Assembly: GCA_040182905.1 (NCBI GenBank)
Contig: JARQWU010000083.1
Coordinates: 1-36,559, forward strand
DNA length: 36,559 bases
From: Barthelona sp. PAP020
Taxonomy: Eukaryota
Reading direction: 5' to 3'
Within the stretch, counting starts at the first letter, position 1, and each line of letters opens with the position of its first letter. Shown here in pieces: positions 8,001 to 17,166 of this stretch. The notes beneath the pieces are model-generated. The model saw only the letters and a program-made list of their open reading frames with translations. It ran no database searches and was not told where the DNA came from. Both the position numbers and the translations under genes were made by a program.

Positions 8001-10390
8001 AAGTTCAATTTAAGGGCTTGTTTACGATTTGTTTCAAATATAGTAATTAAAGGTCGATTAGACGTTTGAAATTCATTGAATTTTTGATGAAAATCAGTAT
8101 TTATCTGTTCAACACTAAAATACTCAATATTGTCATGTTCAATCTTTTTATTTCCAATAAAGACCGCTTTTAAAAGCAAATCGAATTCATTAATTGAGCG
8201 AGGAACGATTAAAGAAGATACATTAGGATCACTAATCTGGTAGTGTAATTCTTCATCACCAAAACCAAAGGTAAATTTTATTGGCTTATTCAATTCATCT
8301 TCTGATAACTTAGAATCAAATTTTACCTTTTGGATGTCAATTTGTTGTCCTTCAACAAATAATTCCTTTGAAAAAAGTTTATCTCCTTTATAATCATTGT
8401 AAGTCCAACTGTTTCTCAATTCTGTGGATTGTGCCATCATATGAGTAATCAATGGATAAAAACTAACGTATTCTTTGGCATCTTTCATGTAAAATTCTTC
8501 ATTTAACATTTGAAATAAGTTCTCTTTGAAATCTTCACTAAGCTTAATGGAATCATTACTTTGTTCAATTCTTTGCAACAAAGCATATAATATTGGTTCA
8601 TTTAACACTGGAATAAATAGGTCAATCATGTCAACGGGAACAACTTGAATTAAAAGTTCAAAAACTTGTGGAACTTGCTTTAAAGTTTTAATAACATTCT
8701 TATTTAAGTTATTAGCAACATAATGTTTTAATTCTTGATTAATCAAAACCAAAGAATAATGATTAAACTTTGTAGTTAAAGAAATCAATTCAACAAGTAC
8801 CCAAAGTGGTAGTCGATCGGATAATTTTGTATTGAAAGTGTTTAGCATGTAATCTTTGATTGCTGTAGTTAATTTATTTTTTCTTAATACTTGACTTCTT
8901 AAGATTTCAATGATTGTTCTCAAGGTAGTAACATCTTCTAAACCATTGTCATATTTCAAATCTTCAAAACATTTTTCTACAAAATTAATAACAATTTTTG
9001 CATCCAATTTGCAATTCTGTGCAAATTTGAGAAAAACCACCAACAGTAAATGCTCTGAAATAGACATTTTCCTTTGATCACAAGACTTAATGAAATTAAT
9101 GATACTTTGACTTGTTAAACGTTTAATAAACTCAAAATGTTGCAAAACTTCAATTATCAATTCATAATTCTCATCTTTTGATACATCATGTGTGTCATAT
9201 TGATTGTAAAAATCATTGGCAACTTTGATAGCAAAATTATCCGAGAATTTTAATGTAAGCATTTGCTTTTCATTTGATTTGTCAGAATTGTATAAAATTG
9301 CATTGATCGGTCTATCATACCATATAGTGAGATATTTTGAATCAATTTTATCCTTAAATTCAAATGTCTCCAACAAATTTAATTCTTTATCTAGTACAAA
9401 CAATATTTGCTCATTTACCAAAATACCACAACGATGCTCCACATGAAAACAGTTGATTTTTTCAACTTTTTCGATAGTCTCAATCTTTGTCATATTAATC
9501 GATTCTTCAATACTCTTAATCAATCCGATTTCCTTTATTTCAATCATTTTGGAATCAACGATATCAAAAATACTTGGAATGTTGAACAGATAATTATCAT
9601 CAATATCAATCGGGTTTATTTCATCAAGTTCATAAGATTTGGGCAAATGAATATTGAATTCAGTCATAAAACTTAATTGGGATCCAGGATCAACGAATCC
9701 TAATATTTTAGCAATCAATTTGGTTATTGTTGTGGTAACATCAAAATTTTCAACAGTACATAGTATTTTGTAAATTTCAGTAAGTCCTCTCAACAACGTA
9801 TTGGTGAAAACAGAATCTAAAAATACTTCAGGATATTCTTCAGCGGCATCACTAATTTTGTGAAACATTGAATTTATGTTATTGAATATGTAACTTTCAT
9901 TATCAAGCGAATTAACATATTGAATTCCAGTGCTGATATTTGTTAACGATTGATTTAGTAACAATAATGCCATAGGCTGACAATTAATTCCTTCAACTTC
10001 CGAAAGATTGTCATCATCCTCAATTTCAATTTTTTGTTTGCTGTGCAGAATAAAATCAATGCAATTGTTGACCAAAATTACTTGTTGATCAAGATCTAAC
10101 TCATGTAATGTTCCAATTACAATTGGATGAGTTTCTACTTCAGGTAAATCAAAAGCCAAAGAATCCCCTCGGTGAATGTGTAATGAAAGTTCAATAGGAT
10201 TTTCATTTAACAAAGAAGAATTATTTTCAATAGTTTTAATAAATGAAGAAATATCTGATGTTTCACGAATGGGCACAATAGAAAATTTGGGTTTTGATAT
10301 AATGGACTTGGTTTCCACACATTCTTTCAATGCAATATCGGTTAAGTTACTGGGTAATTCAACCAATTCAGTGAATGTAAGATCACTCAT
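5075..10390 (-). CDS. Large hypothetical protein (~1771 aa), probably mostly helical, with an acidic tract
   Basis: Uninterrupted 5.3-kb ORF; first ATG at 10390. No family recognised. E/D run near 6186-6232. Confidence 0.85.
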   Translation of the reverse strand: MSDLTFTELVELPSNLTDIALKECVETKSIISKPKFSIVPIRETSDISSFIKTIENNSSLLNENPIELSLHIHRGDSLAFDLPEVETHPIVIGTLHELDLDQQVILVNNCIDFILHSKQKIEIEDDDNLSEVEGINCQPMALLLLNQSLTNISTGIQYVNSLDNESYIFNNINSMFHKISDAAEEYPEVFLDSVFTNTLLRGLTEIYKILCTVENFDVTTTITKLIAKILGFVDPGSQLSFMTEFNIHLPKSYELDEINPIDIDDNYLFNIPSIFDIVDSKMIEIKEIGLIKSIEESINMTKIETIEKVEKINCFHVEHRCGILVNEQILFVLDKELNLLETFEFKDKIDSKYLTIWYDRPINAILYNSDKSNEKQMLTLKFSDNFAIKVANDFYNQYDTHDVSKDENYELIIEVLQHFEFIKRLTSQSIINFIKSCDQRKMSISEHLLLVVFLKFAQNCKLDAKIVINFVEKCFEDLKYDNGLEDVTTLRTIIEILRSQVLRKNKLTTAIKDYMLNTFNTKLSDRLPLWVLVELISLTTKFNHYSLVLINQELKHYVANNLNKNVIKTLKQVPQVFELLIQVVPVDMIDLFIPVLNEPILYALLQRIEQSNDSIKLSEDFKENLFQMLNEEFYMKDAKEYVSFYPLITHMMAQSTELRNSWTYNDYKGDKLFSKELFVEGQQIDIQKVKFDSKLSEDELNKPIKFTFGFGDEELHYQISDPNVSSLIVPRSINEFDLLLKAVFIGNKKIEHDNIEYFSVEQINTDFHQKFNEFQTSNRPLITIFETNRKQALKLNLLNRLLVIDKNFEFLMKRFAKKDVFQMQSYNLGHLFTIATYIKALLTNNSQKQTNGDFEMDDDTLKTISFLSDVFNDISQCTEFNSQKLLNLMTSSINHEESVVLSVNTLKMIILGLCVEYFNIFANYNIKNIVDFDVESLKRNLSEALSHTTIHDLTNILPEHRFTEEEDSFLAGSNLDDFTYPDDDLRMVLQMAIDDGAGTDQYEAAKEMMDSMDNYTRYESLLQRKRDRDAYLAQLNQQSADTLKQGLFSILDEELNSLFTDKKSFSGSLNWNKVCKMVNKLYHEPDSSNIVDLFPKFVFYLQILEKIVEKKGSVSRASLDVDIFFKTFEIVYLMIVSTPHLQLLIFKILKSMFENYLTKGTFNVFKDLIFLLLTIKFEPQSVDYDNLLKVSDLNERYLGANYMCMVSYIDNLMEIVEQKTNNDYIQYFKEDILTNCIEDTKWGITYANLLKKDTPSSKEVVVELLNKDKDKVLHIVTYEVLNDDFKSVEMNLKKDAIIGWIFSNLNTETVFSNFVMSDDFKQRFNLLSFDKANTLLNCICKVDEIDSHLNKLNAILFSKEVLKNSPQALKSFSVGSIDLSKFVEDFEEEEEDEDDDDDDDEDMGLFGLGSMLNNLIENTNVSSIPSCILPMIQLEECKDVELSFSSIIDPSIMFSGVKTNNKKIVSTIKKDNFNSIDICTIGDEYNHSNELKEQLYHHELQLIDQTGGEFAKQLHFMNTGIDKDSNNLIHYKNRLFGNDEVLELDIEKIQGMKMLSQPYLPIIIGSSGIGNLYKQTTILKCCLNMFKCVIQNFGFCFEFAAQMKVYNDETSQKNILKWCCLSNLLNSYCYSLENHVDMTLEPLDDVSTFVSLLTAANINKLTNIESPTDDIKLDFPKMYEKVNNSEIKDMVGVYLVISKPSITFKNSLSMRINLEEDTNLTIVSGKYVPEGDKEDVDNAVVYKLNQINFDEFKDLICEKCVVALPLLINQS

Positions 10391-10570
10391 AGATAAAATA
10401 TTGATAAAAAAAAGCTTCACTTCATTGCTTTTGCATTATTTTAGCATGTTAAATCTTCAAAAGTTGATTCTTCCCAACAACTTTTGCATTTTATTTTAAC
10501 TAATTTATTGGAAAAGATAAATTTTTGGTAAACAATTTTTTGGTATTCAATTTGATTCAGTTTTATTTTG

Positions 10571-11507
10571 ATGACTATTGATTCAATTATTGATCAAAAC
10601 GAAGTGTTTGATCCAACCTTTCAAAGTACTTGAAATTTTCACATTTTGGAAACTAACTTATTCAGAAATAACAAAACCAACTGTGATTTTACCAAAGTCC
10701 GAAACTGTTTATGATGATAATAAAATAAATGAATTACAGATTCCTTCGTTTCAAATGCAAGGCTATGATTCAAGTGTTTTAAGTTTGAAGAATTTTTTAG
10801 AGAAACCAAATTTAAAGGATGATTGGATATCGGAGGTTATTTCTTTAATATTAGAGGGTAATATTGTAAATTTAGAGCAAATTCGACGAGATTATTGTGA
10901 TGATGTAGATATTCCCGAAATTATTGAAAATCTGAAAACAAAATTACCAATACTGATAAGCGAAGGTGCTTCTTTGAAAGAAAGATTTATTATTCCAGAA
11001 AATTATGATGATCTTGTTGATTTTTCTCTTAATATCTGCTCAAAGTATGTAACTGTTGGGAAACCTCGTCAAAAACGTGGTACAGGAACATATACATGCT
11101 CACTGTGTGGTCAGAAAGGTCATACTCGGGCTAGATGTAAAAATAGAAGAAATTATTTTCAAGCAAACTCTACCCCGTACAACTATAATGCTGAATCTTC
11201 TGTATCTGAACCCAATACTATTGTTTTTCCAACTGTTACATCTCAAGAAATGTCCCCTTTTCCTGTCAATATGTCACAATTATTTCATCAGATACCTAAT
11301 ATTTCGTCTAGATCTGGTTCAATTAGTCCGACAATGGATACTCAATTAAGTCCTCACAATTTTCAATCCCCCTTGATTAATATGGGAAATTTGGATATGA
11401 ATTTTTCTGCCCCTGGTAATTCATCCATGCTTGAAATGAGTCCTCATTCGTTCCAACATATTAATATTGGAATTCCGCAACTTCAAAATCAAAGTGCTCT
11501 TTATTAG
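10571..11507 (+). CDS. CCHC zinc-knuckle protein (~298 aa) with an S/P/Q/N/M-rich C-terminus; join(10571..10625,10666..11507)
   Basis: Removing a 40-nt GT-AG intron puts the ATG at 10571 (MTIDSIIDQNEVFDPTFQK) in frame with the ORF. CSLCGQKGHTRARC is a CX2CX4HX4C knuckle. Confidence 0.8.
10626..10665 (+). other. Spliceosomal intron, 40 nt, phase 1
   Basis: GTACTT...ACTAAC-TTATTCAG. Splicing supplies an ATG start to an ORF that otherwise begins at TTG. Confidence 0.75.
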
Positions 11508-11712
11508 CCTTATTTATTTTTCTTTCTTTTGTTAATATGTATAAACTTTTTTTCTTTTAAAATTTCTTCGTTTTTTTTGTGTGTATTTATGCAAAGATTT
11601 CCAAAAGGGTTTTTCTCTCTTTTGTTTGAAACAGAAAACACAAAAATAAATAAAAAATTTTATAACACGAAAGCAGACTAATAAAAATCGTGAAGTTGTT
11701 TAAACTTTAAAC

Positions 11713-12222
11713 TTATTCTTCAGATTTTTCGGTTATTTTTTCAGATTTAATCAAATTTTCAGATGTTTCTTGAAGTCTATTATATTCCTTTAATAATTCA
11801 TTATATGGTCTAGGAGCTTGTTCTAAAGCACGTGGTGGTTTGATAACTTCATCAAATAATGTAGGCTGTTCAGGAATAACAGCATGGTCATCAGGTTGCA
11901 TTCCAGCTGCCCATTCTGCTTCAACTTGTGAATAAGGTCTTTCAGATAACTGCTTTAATCTTCTTTTATGAGGCTTAGATTTGGCATGATGTTCCAAATC
12001 ATGTTCAGTTTTGAAATATCGATCACAAGCAGTGCAATAAAATTGACCATATGAAGGTAAAAGTGGATTTAATGGTCTTTCTAAAGTTTTGATAAGATTA
12101 TCGGGATGAATCATTTCAGCTATTTGATCAATGTCTTTTGTTCTATTTTTTGTGGCCCAACCTCTTCTATAACTTTTGTTCTTGGCATTATGCCCATGCT
12201 TTCGTGCTTTGATCTGTCCCAT
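11713..12222 (-). CDS. ZNF593: Zinc finger protein 593 / Bud20 (60S ribosome biogenesis)
   Basis: Motifs RTKDIDQI and GQFYCTACDRYF...HAKSKPHKRRLKQLSERPYSQVEAEWAAG. Confidence 0.92.
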   Translation of the reverse strand: MGQIKARKHGHNAKNKSYRRGWATKNRTKDIDQIAEMIHPDNLIKTLERPLNPLLPSYGQFYCTACDRYFKTEHDLEHHAKSKPHKRRLKQLSERPYSQVEAEWAAGMQPDDHAVIPEQPTLFDEVIKPPRALEQAPRPYNELLKEYNRLQETSENLIKSEKITEKSEE

Positions 12223-12363
12223 CTAATAAAAAACAAGGAAATAAAAAATTCCACCCCAAACTTTTTTTTTTTGAAAAAATTAATTTGACAACATTATATT
12301 AATACAAGTAATAAATATCAAAAATGTTGTAATTGAATTATTCAACAAAACAAAACAAAACTT

Positions 12364-12809
12364 TTACTCAATTTCTTCACCAAAATTTTTTATTAATCCG
12401 TCTGAATGGCCTGAATCAACATATTCAAATGATATTTGAGAACCAACAGTAATATTGTTCAATGATCCTTCCTTTGCAGTGAATGAAGCATTAAATATTC
12501 CATAAACCAATAAAGCTACCTTTTCATGTGAAACTTTAACAACTTCTCCTAATAGTGATGTGTCTTTGGAAGGAAAAAATGGTAACACGTCAAAAGTGAT
12601 ATTAAAACTCAAATGTGGCCTATCTGTTAAAATATTAGCAGTTGTGTTTGGTAAAAAAACATTAAAGTAATGACTATTCCCTTGAATTCTGGTATGTACT
12701 TTAAAATCAATCTATTCAAAACTTCTCTAATTCCTTCTGTTAATGTTTGTAAATGAACATGTAACAAATGTGTTTTAGCTTTAATACTTTTGCTACAAAA
12801 ATGTGACAT
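12364..12809 (-). pseudogene. RPA43: RNA polymerase I subunit RPA43-like gene split by a frameshift near 12653-12667 (assembly error or pseudogene)
   Basis: The 5' frame reads GIREVLNRLILKYIPEFKGIVIT and the shifted frame continues NVFLPNTTANILTDRPHLSFNITFDVLPFFP...GEVVKVSHEKVALLVYGIFNAS. Together they give the RPA43 pattern (LxxLxxKY...GxxI, G.V..VS...I..LV.G.FNAS). Confidence 0.75.
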
Positions 12810-12858
12810 TTCTAACAAAAAAAAATTGTTTTTTTGTTGTGAATATATTTATAAATTA

Positions 12859-15800
12859 TCATAATTGTAAAATCTGAGATAATTCTTTAAATTCTTCCAA
12901 CAAAATGTTGTTAAAAATTGAATCACTGATAGAATCAATTGATTTTTGAATATTTGAAGTGTCTGCAACAACATCATTAATGGGAATATTGCAAGGTTGT
13001 TCTTGAATAAACAGATAAATATCTTTGGCAATAGCCATTTTTAGTGATAAATCATCATCAAAAATAAAATCATGGTAATTCTTTGCTAATGGTGCAGGTA
13101 AAAATTTTAAATTTTTGTGGTTCACAGCTAAATTTTTGTAAAACATAAAACGATCATAAATACATTCAACCAAGAAATCAATCAAATTTAAGGCTTTTAA
13201 GCGTTTATATGGGTGAGGGGCTTTATTTCTTTGATAAATTTCTGCATCTGAAGCGTATAATTCAGTTAATACTTTTACCTCAGTTGTAGAAGCATTTTTG
13301 TTATCTTCTAAACATTTGAAAATGTAGTCTTTTGTTATCTCCTCGCTAAAATCAAGAAAATGTAATAAAAATTCTGTTCCGACAACTAAAGCTTGTTTAC
13401 GAACATGTTCTTTTGCAATTTCCGTATACAGTTCATCATCTGAATTCATCGGTTCTTCTTCAATTTCTGTTGCTTCAATTTCATCATTCTTTGATTGCGT
13501 TTGTTTTGGTTTTGGTAAAATAACTGGAAAAGTAAGTTCATCATCTGAAGAGGTTTCAGATTCATATGGTTCCTTCAATTCGTCTTTTGACACATCCACA
13601 GAATTTAGTTCTTCAAAAGAATCATCAAAACTGACGCTCATTGGATTGTCATCACTTTGACTTTGGCTTAAAGAATATGAATCAGGTGGTGGACTGATAA
13701 GAATCCTGTTTTTAAGGGGAATTTCCAAATCGTTCAGACATTTTGTTTCCTTTTCATCATCTTCATCTTCTTCTTCCATGTACTTATTTGTAACATCACC
13801 ACCTTTTTCTTTTTCTTCTTCCTCAATCTTAATATCAAAGAATTTATCATCAATGGGCGATAATACATTGCTATTTTCCAAGTCAAAGCTACCACTACTG
13901 GTAGAATCCAAAGGTTCATCATTAAACAGAATATTCTGAAGTTGATTATCATCATCTTCCTTAAGTGGAGACATTTTTGTAGGGGTACTTAAAGGGCTAT
14001 CACCACTTGATTCCATGTAAGTTAAGAAAGTGTGTTGTGAATCAGCAAAATTTTCATTACTTTCTAGCAAAACAGGAATTGGTTTTGCTGTAGCTTCTAA
14101 TTTGTTCTTTTCTTGGGTTAAAGAAATGTTCAATTTGTTTATTTCAATATCTTTTTCAGCTAATTGTCTTTTAAGCGCTTCAATATTATTCAAAAATTCG
14201 ATTTGACTTTTTTTGTTTTCAGATAATTCAGTAGAAATCATATTGTTTTGAAGTTTTACTTCAGTGAGTTCATTATTCAAAGAATTCATTTCCTTCTTAA
14301 TACTGTCACATTCATTTTTCAAGTTTTCATTGTGATTTTGTAAACTACTCTCTTTTGCAAGCAACTTATCAATTTGTTGATTTTTATCGATAATTTTTTC
14401 ATTAAATTGTTTGTTTTGAAGTGTCACACTGTCAAAATTCTGTTGATGTTCTCCAATAATCAATAGGTTATTTGAAATAGTTCTGTTTAATTCAGAAATA
14501 AAAATATCTTTCTCTTCTAAGACTTTTGTAAGAATTTCAAGATTTTCATCCCTTTTTTTCATTTCAAAAGCGTAATCTTCTTCCTTTTCTTTATTAATTG
14601 ATGTTTGATGGATTAAAGTGCTCAATTCTTCTTTAATATTGCTTAATTCCTCTTCAAGACTGGAAATATGAAGGTTTTTCTCTTCAATAATTTTCGAATG
14701 ATTCTTTTCCATTAAATTTACTGCTCTTTCAAATTCAGCTTCCTTTTCAAGAATGTTCGTACTGTCAGTATTAAGAATATTCAATTGTTCCTTCAAAGAA
14801 AGGATGATATTCTCTTTTTCTTTGAGAATATTTGAACTGTCGTCCTCTATTAATTTTATTCGCTCCTTGAGTGTAATAAAAGCATATTCTTTTTCATCAA
14901 TAAGTTTTGAATGATCTTTTTTCAAAATATTCATTTGTTTTTCTAAATCAGCAATCACATTATCTTTCAATGTAAGTTGAGTTTGTAATTTTTCAATATT
15001 TGCATCTTTTTCATCAAAATCATTAATAATTTTATCCTTTCCTAAAATTAGGTTGTGTAATTTTTCTATTTCAAGAAGGTAATTCTCTACACCTTTTTCA
15101 AAATCTAAAATCTTACGATCTTTGTTCATTATTGAATGAGTTAAATCATCAATAATTCTCACTTTGTCTCCTATTTCCTCATTTAATGATTTAATCATTT
15201 CTTTCAATTCATTCTTTTCTTTAATCAAAATCTGATTGTCAACTTCCAATTTTTGTAATTTCATTTCATCTTCAGTAAACTCCTTTAATTTGTCTTGCAA
15301 TAATTTATTTTTTTCAAATAAATGAACCATTTCAATCTCAGTTTCATCATTCTTCTCATCATATATTTGTTGTAATCTTTTTTCAAGTTTAAATTTTTCT
15401 TCTTCCCATTCTGCCTTTTTAAATTCATAATTTTCCATCAGTTCTTGTTTTTCAACATCCAGTTTATGTGTAAGGGTTTGTTTTTCATCATTGAACAATT
15501 TTGCAATTTTGTTTATTTGTTGATCAAATTCGTGTTCTGTATCAATTTTATTCATTTCAAGTTCTTTCTTTACCGTGTCTAAATCCAACACATATTGTTC
15601 TTGCAAACAATTCTTTTCTTCCTCAAAATAATTTTCTCGCTTCGTCAATTGTTCATTGAAATTTTTTCGCTCTTTTTTCAACTTTTCTTCCAATTCAATT
15701 AATTGTTCAACAAAATTTTCCTCAATGATAGATTTTTCCTCTTCAAATTCTATTTGCATAGAACGTTTAATATTTTCAATTTCTTCATTTGAAACGACGT

Positions 15801-16656
15801 TCATTTGATCAATTGCAGGTAATTTTGTCAAACGCAATTTTTCAATGATATCATTCAATTCTGTCCGTTCTTGAGTCCAATTTTCTTTTGAAAAGAGCAA
15901 TTCCTTTTTAAACTCATCCGTTTGTTCCACTAAAGATTTTTCAATTTTTTTTCTAGCATTATGTTCAAAATCTAATTCATCTGTAAGATCTTCAACTTTA
16001 TTTTGCAATTGAATAATATCTCCTATCAATTGAGAATTCTTTAATGATTCATCATTGACTTGACGAGATAAATCTTGATTTATTTTTTTTAATTTTTCAA
16101 TTTCTTTAGAAGAATTATCAAAACCACTTTTCAAATCTTCAGCAGTAATTTTTTGTATTGTGTAATTTTCAGTCAATTGTACAGGAACCGAATTTATAGG
16201 AGAAGTTTTAATTGGAGTTCTAGTGATTGGAGACTCTACCTTCAAAGAATTTTGATAAATTTGTTCATAATTATCAACAGTATCTAAAAATTTTTTGGTT
16301 TCAATTTTTTGTTTCCTATTCTTTACAAGATTATCAATAATATTCACAACATTAGTTGTTTGTTTGGAATATTTTTTGGACTTTTGTTCAGGTGAAAACA
16401 TTAAACGTTTCTTTGCACTGCTTTCTCTTTGTACCATTGGTAAAGTTAAATCACTGTTTTTTAAATGTGATTCAATCGAGGCATTTTGTTCTAAAATTGA
16501 ATTTAAACTGTTTTCTAACGATTTCAAAGTAGAAACAATCATATCACTCTTTTTAGGAAAAAATTCGTTTTTTCTTTTTGGTGGACTGTTATTATGCTTA
16601 TATTTACGTTGTCTACGTAATACTTCATTCAGTTCTTTGGCTTTTTTTTGGTCCAT
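12859..16656 (-). CDS. Long coiled-coil protein (1265 aa) with an acidic, Ser-rich region near the C-terminus
   Basis: Long ORF with E/K/N/L heptad-like composition over roughly aa 180-855. No family recognised. Confidence 0.85.
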   Translation of the reverse strand: MDQKKAKELNEVLRRQRKYKHNNSPPKRKNEFFPKKSDMIVSTLKSLENSLNSILEQNASIESHLKNSDLTLPMVQRESSAKKRLMFSPEQKSKKYSKQTTNVVNIIDNLVKNRKQKIETKKFLDTVDNYEQIYQNSLKVESPITRTPIKTSPINSVPVQLTENYTIQKITAEDLKSGFDNSSKEIEKLKKINQDLSRQVNDESLKNSQLIGDIIQLQNKVEDLTDELDFEHNARKKIEKSLVEQTDEFKKELLFSKENWTQERTELNDIIEKLRLTKLPAIDQMNVVSNEEIENIKRSMQIEFEEEKSIIEENFVEQLIELEEKLKKERKNFNEQLTKRENYFEEEKNCLQEQYVLDLDTVKKELEMNKIDTEHEFDQQINKIAKLFNDEKQTLTHKLDVEKQELMENYEFKKAEWEEEKFKLEKRLQQIYDEKNDETEIEMVHLFEKNKLLQDKLKEFTEDEMKLQKLEVDNQILIKEKNELKEMIKSLNEEIGDKVRIIDDLTHSIMNKDRKILDFEKGVENYLLEIEKLHNLILGKDKIINDFDEKDANIEKLQTQLTLKDNVIADLEKQMNILKKDHSKLIDEKEYAFITLKERIKLIEDDSSNILKEKENIILSLKEQLNILNTDSTNILEKEAEFERAVNLMEKNHSKIIEEKNLHISSLEEELSNIKEELSTLIHQTSINKEKEEDYAFEMKKRDENLEILTKVLEEKDIFISELNRTISNNLLIIGEHQQNFDSVTLQNKQFNEKIIDKNQQIDKLLAKESSLQNHNENLKNECDSIKKEMNSLNNELTEVKLQNNMISTELSENKKSQIEFLNNIEALKRQLAEKDIEINKLNISLTQEKNKLEATAKPIPVLLESNENFADSQHTFLTYMESSGDSPLSTPTKMSPLKEDDDNQLQNILFNDEPLDSTSSGSFDLENSNVLSPIDDKFFDIKIEEEEKEKGGDVTNKYMEEEDEDDEKETKCLNDLEIPLKNRILISPPPDSYSLSQSQSDDNPMSVSFDDSFEELNSVDVSKDELKEPYESETSSDDELTFPVILPKPKQTQSKNDEIEATEIEEEPMNSDDELYTEIAKEHVRKQALVVGTEFLLHFLDFSEEITKDYIFKCLEDNKNASTTEVKVLTELYASDAEIYQRNKAPHPYKRLKALNLIDFLVECIYDRFMFYKNLAVNHKNLKFLPAPLAKNYHDFIFDDDLSLKMAIAKDIYLFIQEQPCNIPINDVVADTSNIQKSIDSISDSIFNNILLEEFKELSQILQL

Positions 16657-17166
16657 TTAATGCATAGCTGATAAAAAAATTCTATTGAATAATTTCAATT
16701 TTCTTTTGTTTTTTCCAAAGAAAAAAAAACTTTGGTCTCCACACATTGTTTGTTGTAACAATAAAAAAGATTTAATTAAGATTGCTGTCATTGAAAAGAT
16801 GAAGATTCACATTGTATAGTCTTTAGTTTTGGGATCATGAACCATACTTCGCTTTCTAATTAAAGTGAATAACATTACAACCTGAATTTACTGTTTTGTT
16901 TTTGGAGAAAGACTAATTTTTTCTTTCATGTGTTTTTTTTTGCTTGAAAAAATATTATAATGACATAAATTGTCTCCTTAAATTGAAAAAGGTTGAACTA
17001 AAAAAAATGTTAAGAAGAGAAACAAATGTTTCAAACCTTTTTGGAAATCAAATAGTTACATTTTTTAATTCATTTGTAAATATATGGTGTGAAAAATATG
17101 TTTTAATGTTTAAAATGATGATTTTTTGGAAAAATTCATCTTCTTTTTATTTCGACAATTTTCAAT

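Noticed and set aside
12620..12660. A 41-nt GT-AG intron that could restore the RPA43 frame
   Set aside because: It would delete NVFLPNTTANILTDR, which matches the expected RPA43 segment in length; an indel explains the data better.
16799..16885. Possible C/D box snoRNA (ATGAAGA...CTGA, with ACCATACTTC partly complementary to SSU rRNA)
   Set aside because: Box C is imperfect, the putative guide is not adjacent to a D or D' box, and there is no clear terminal stem.
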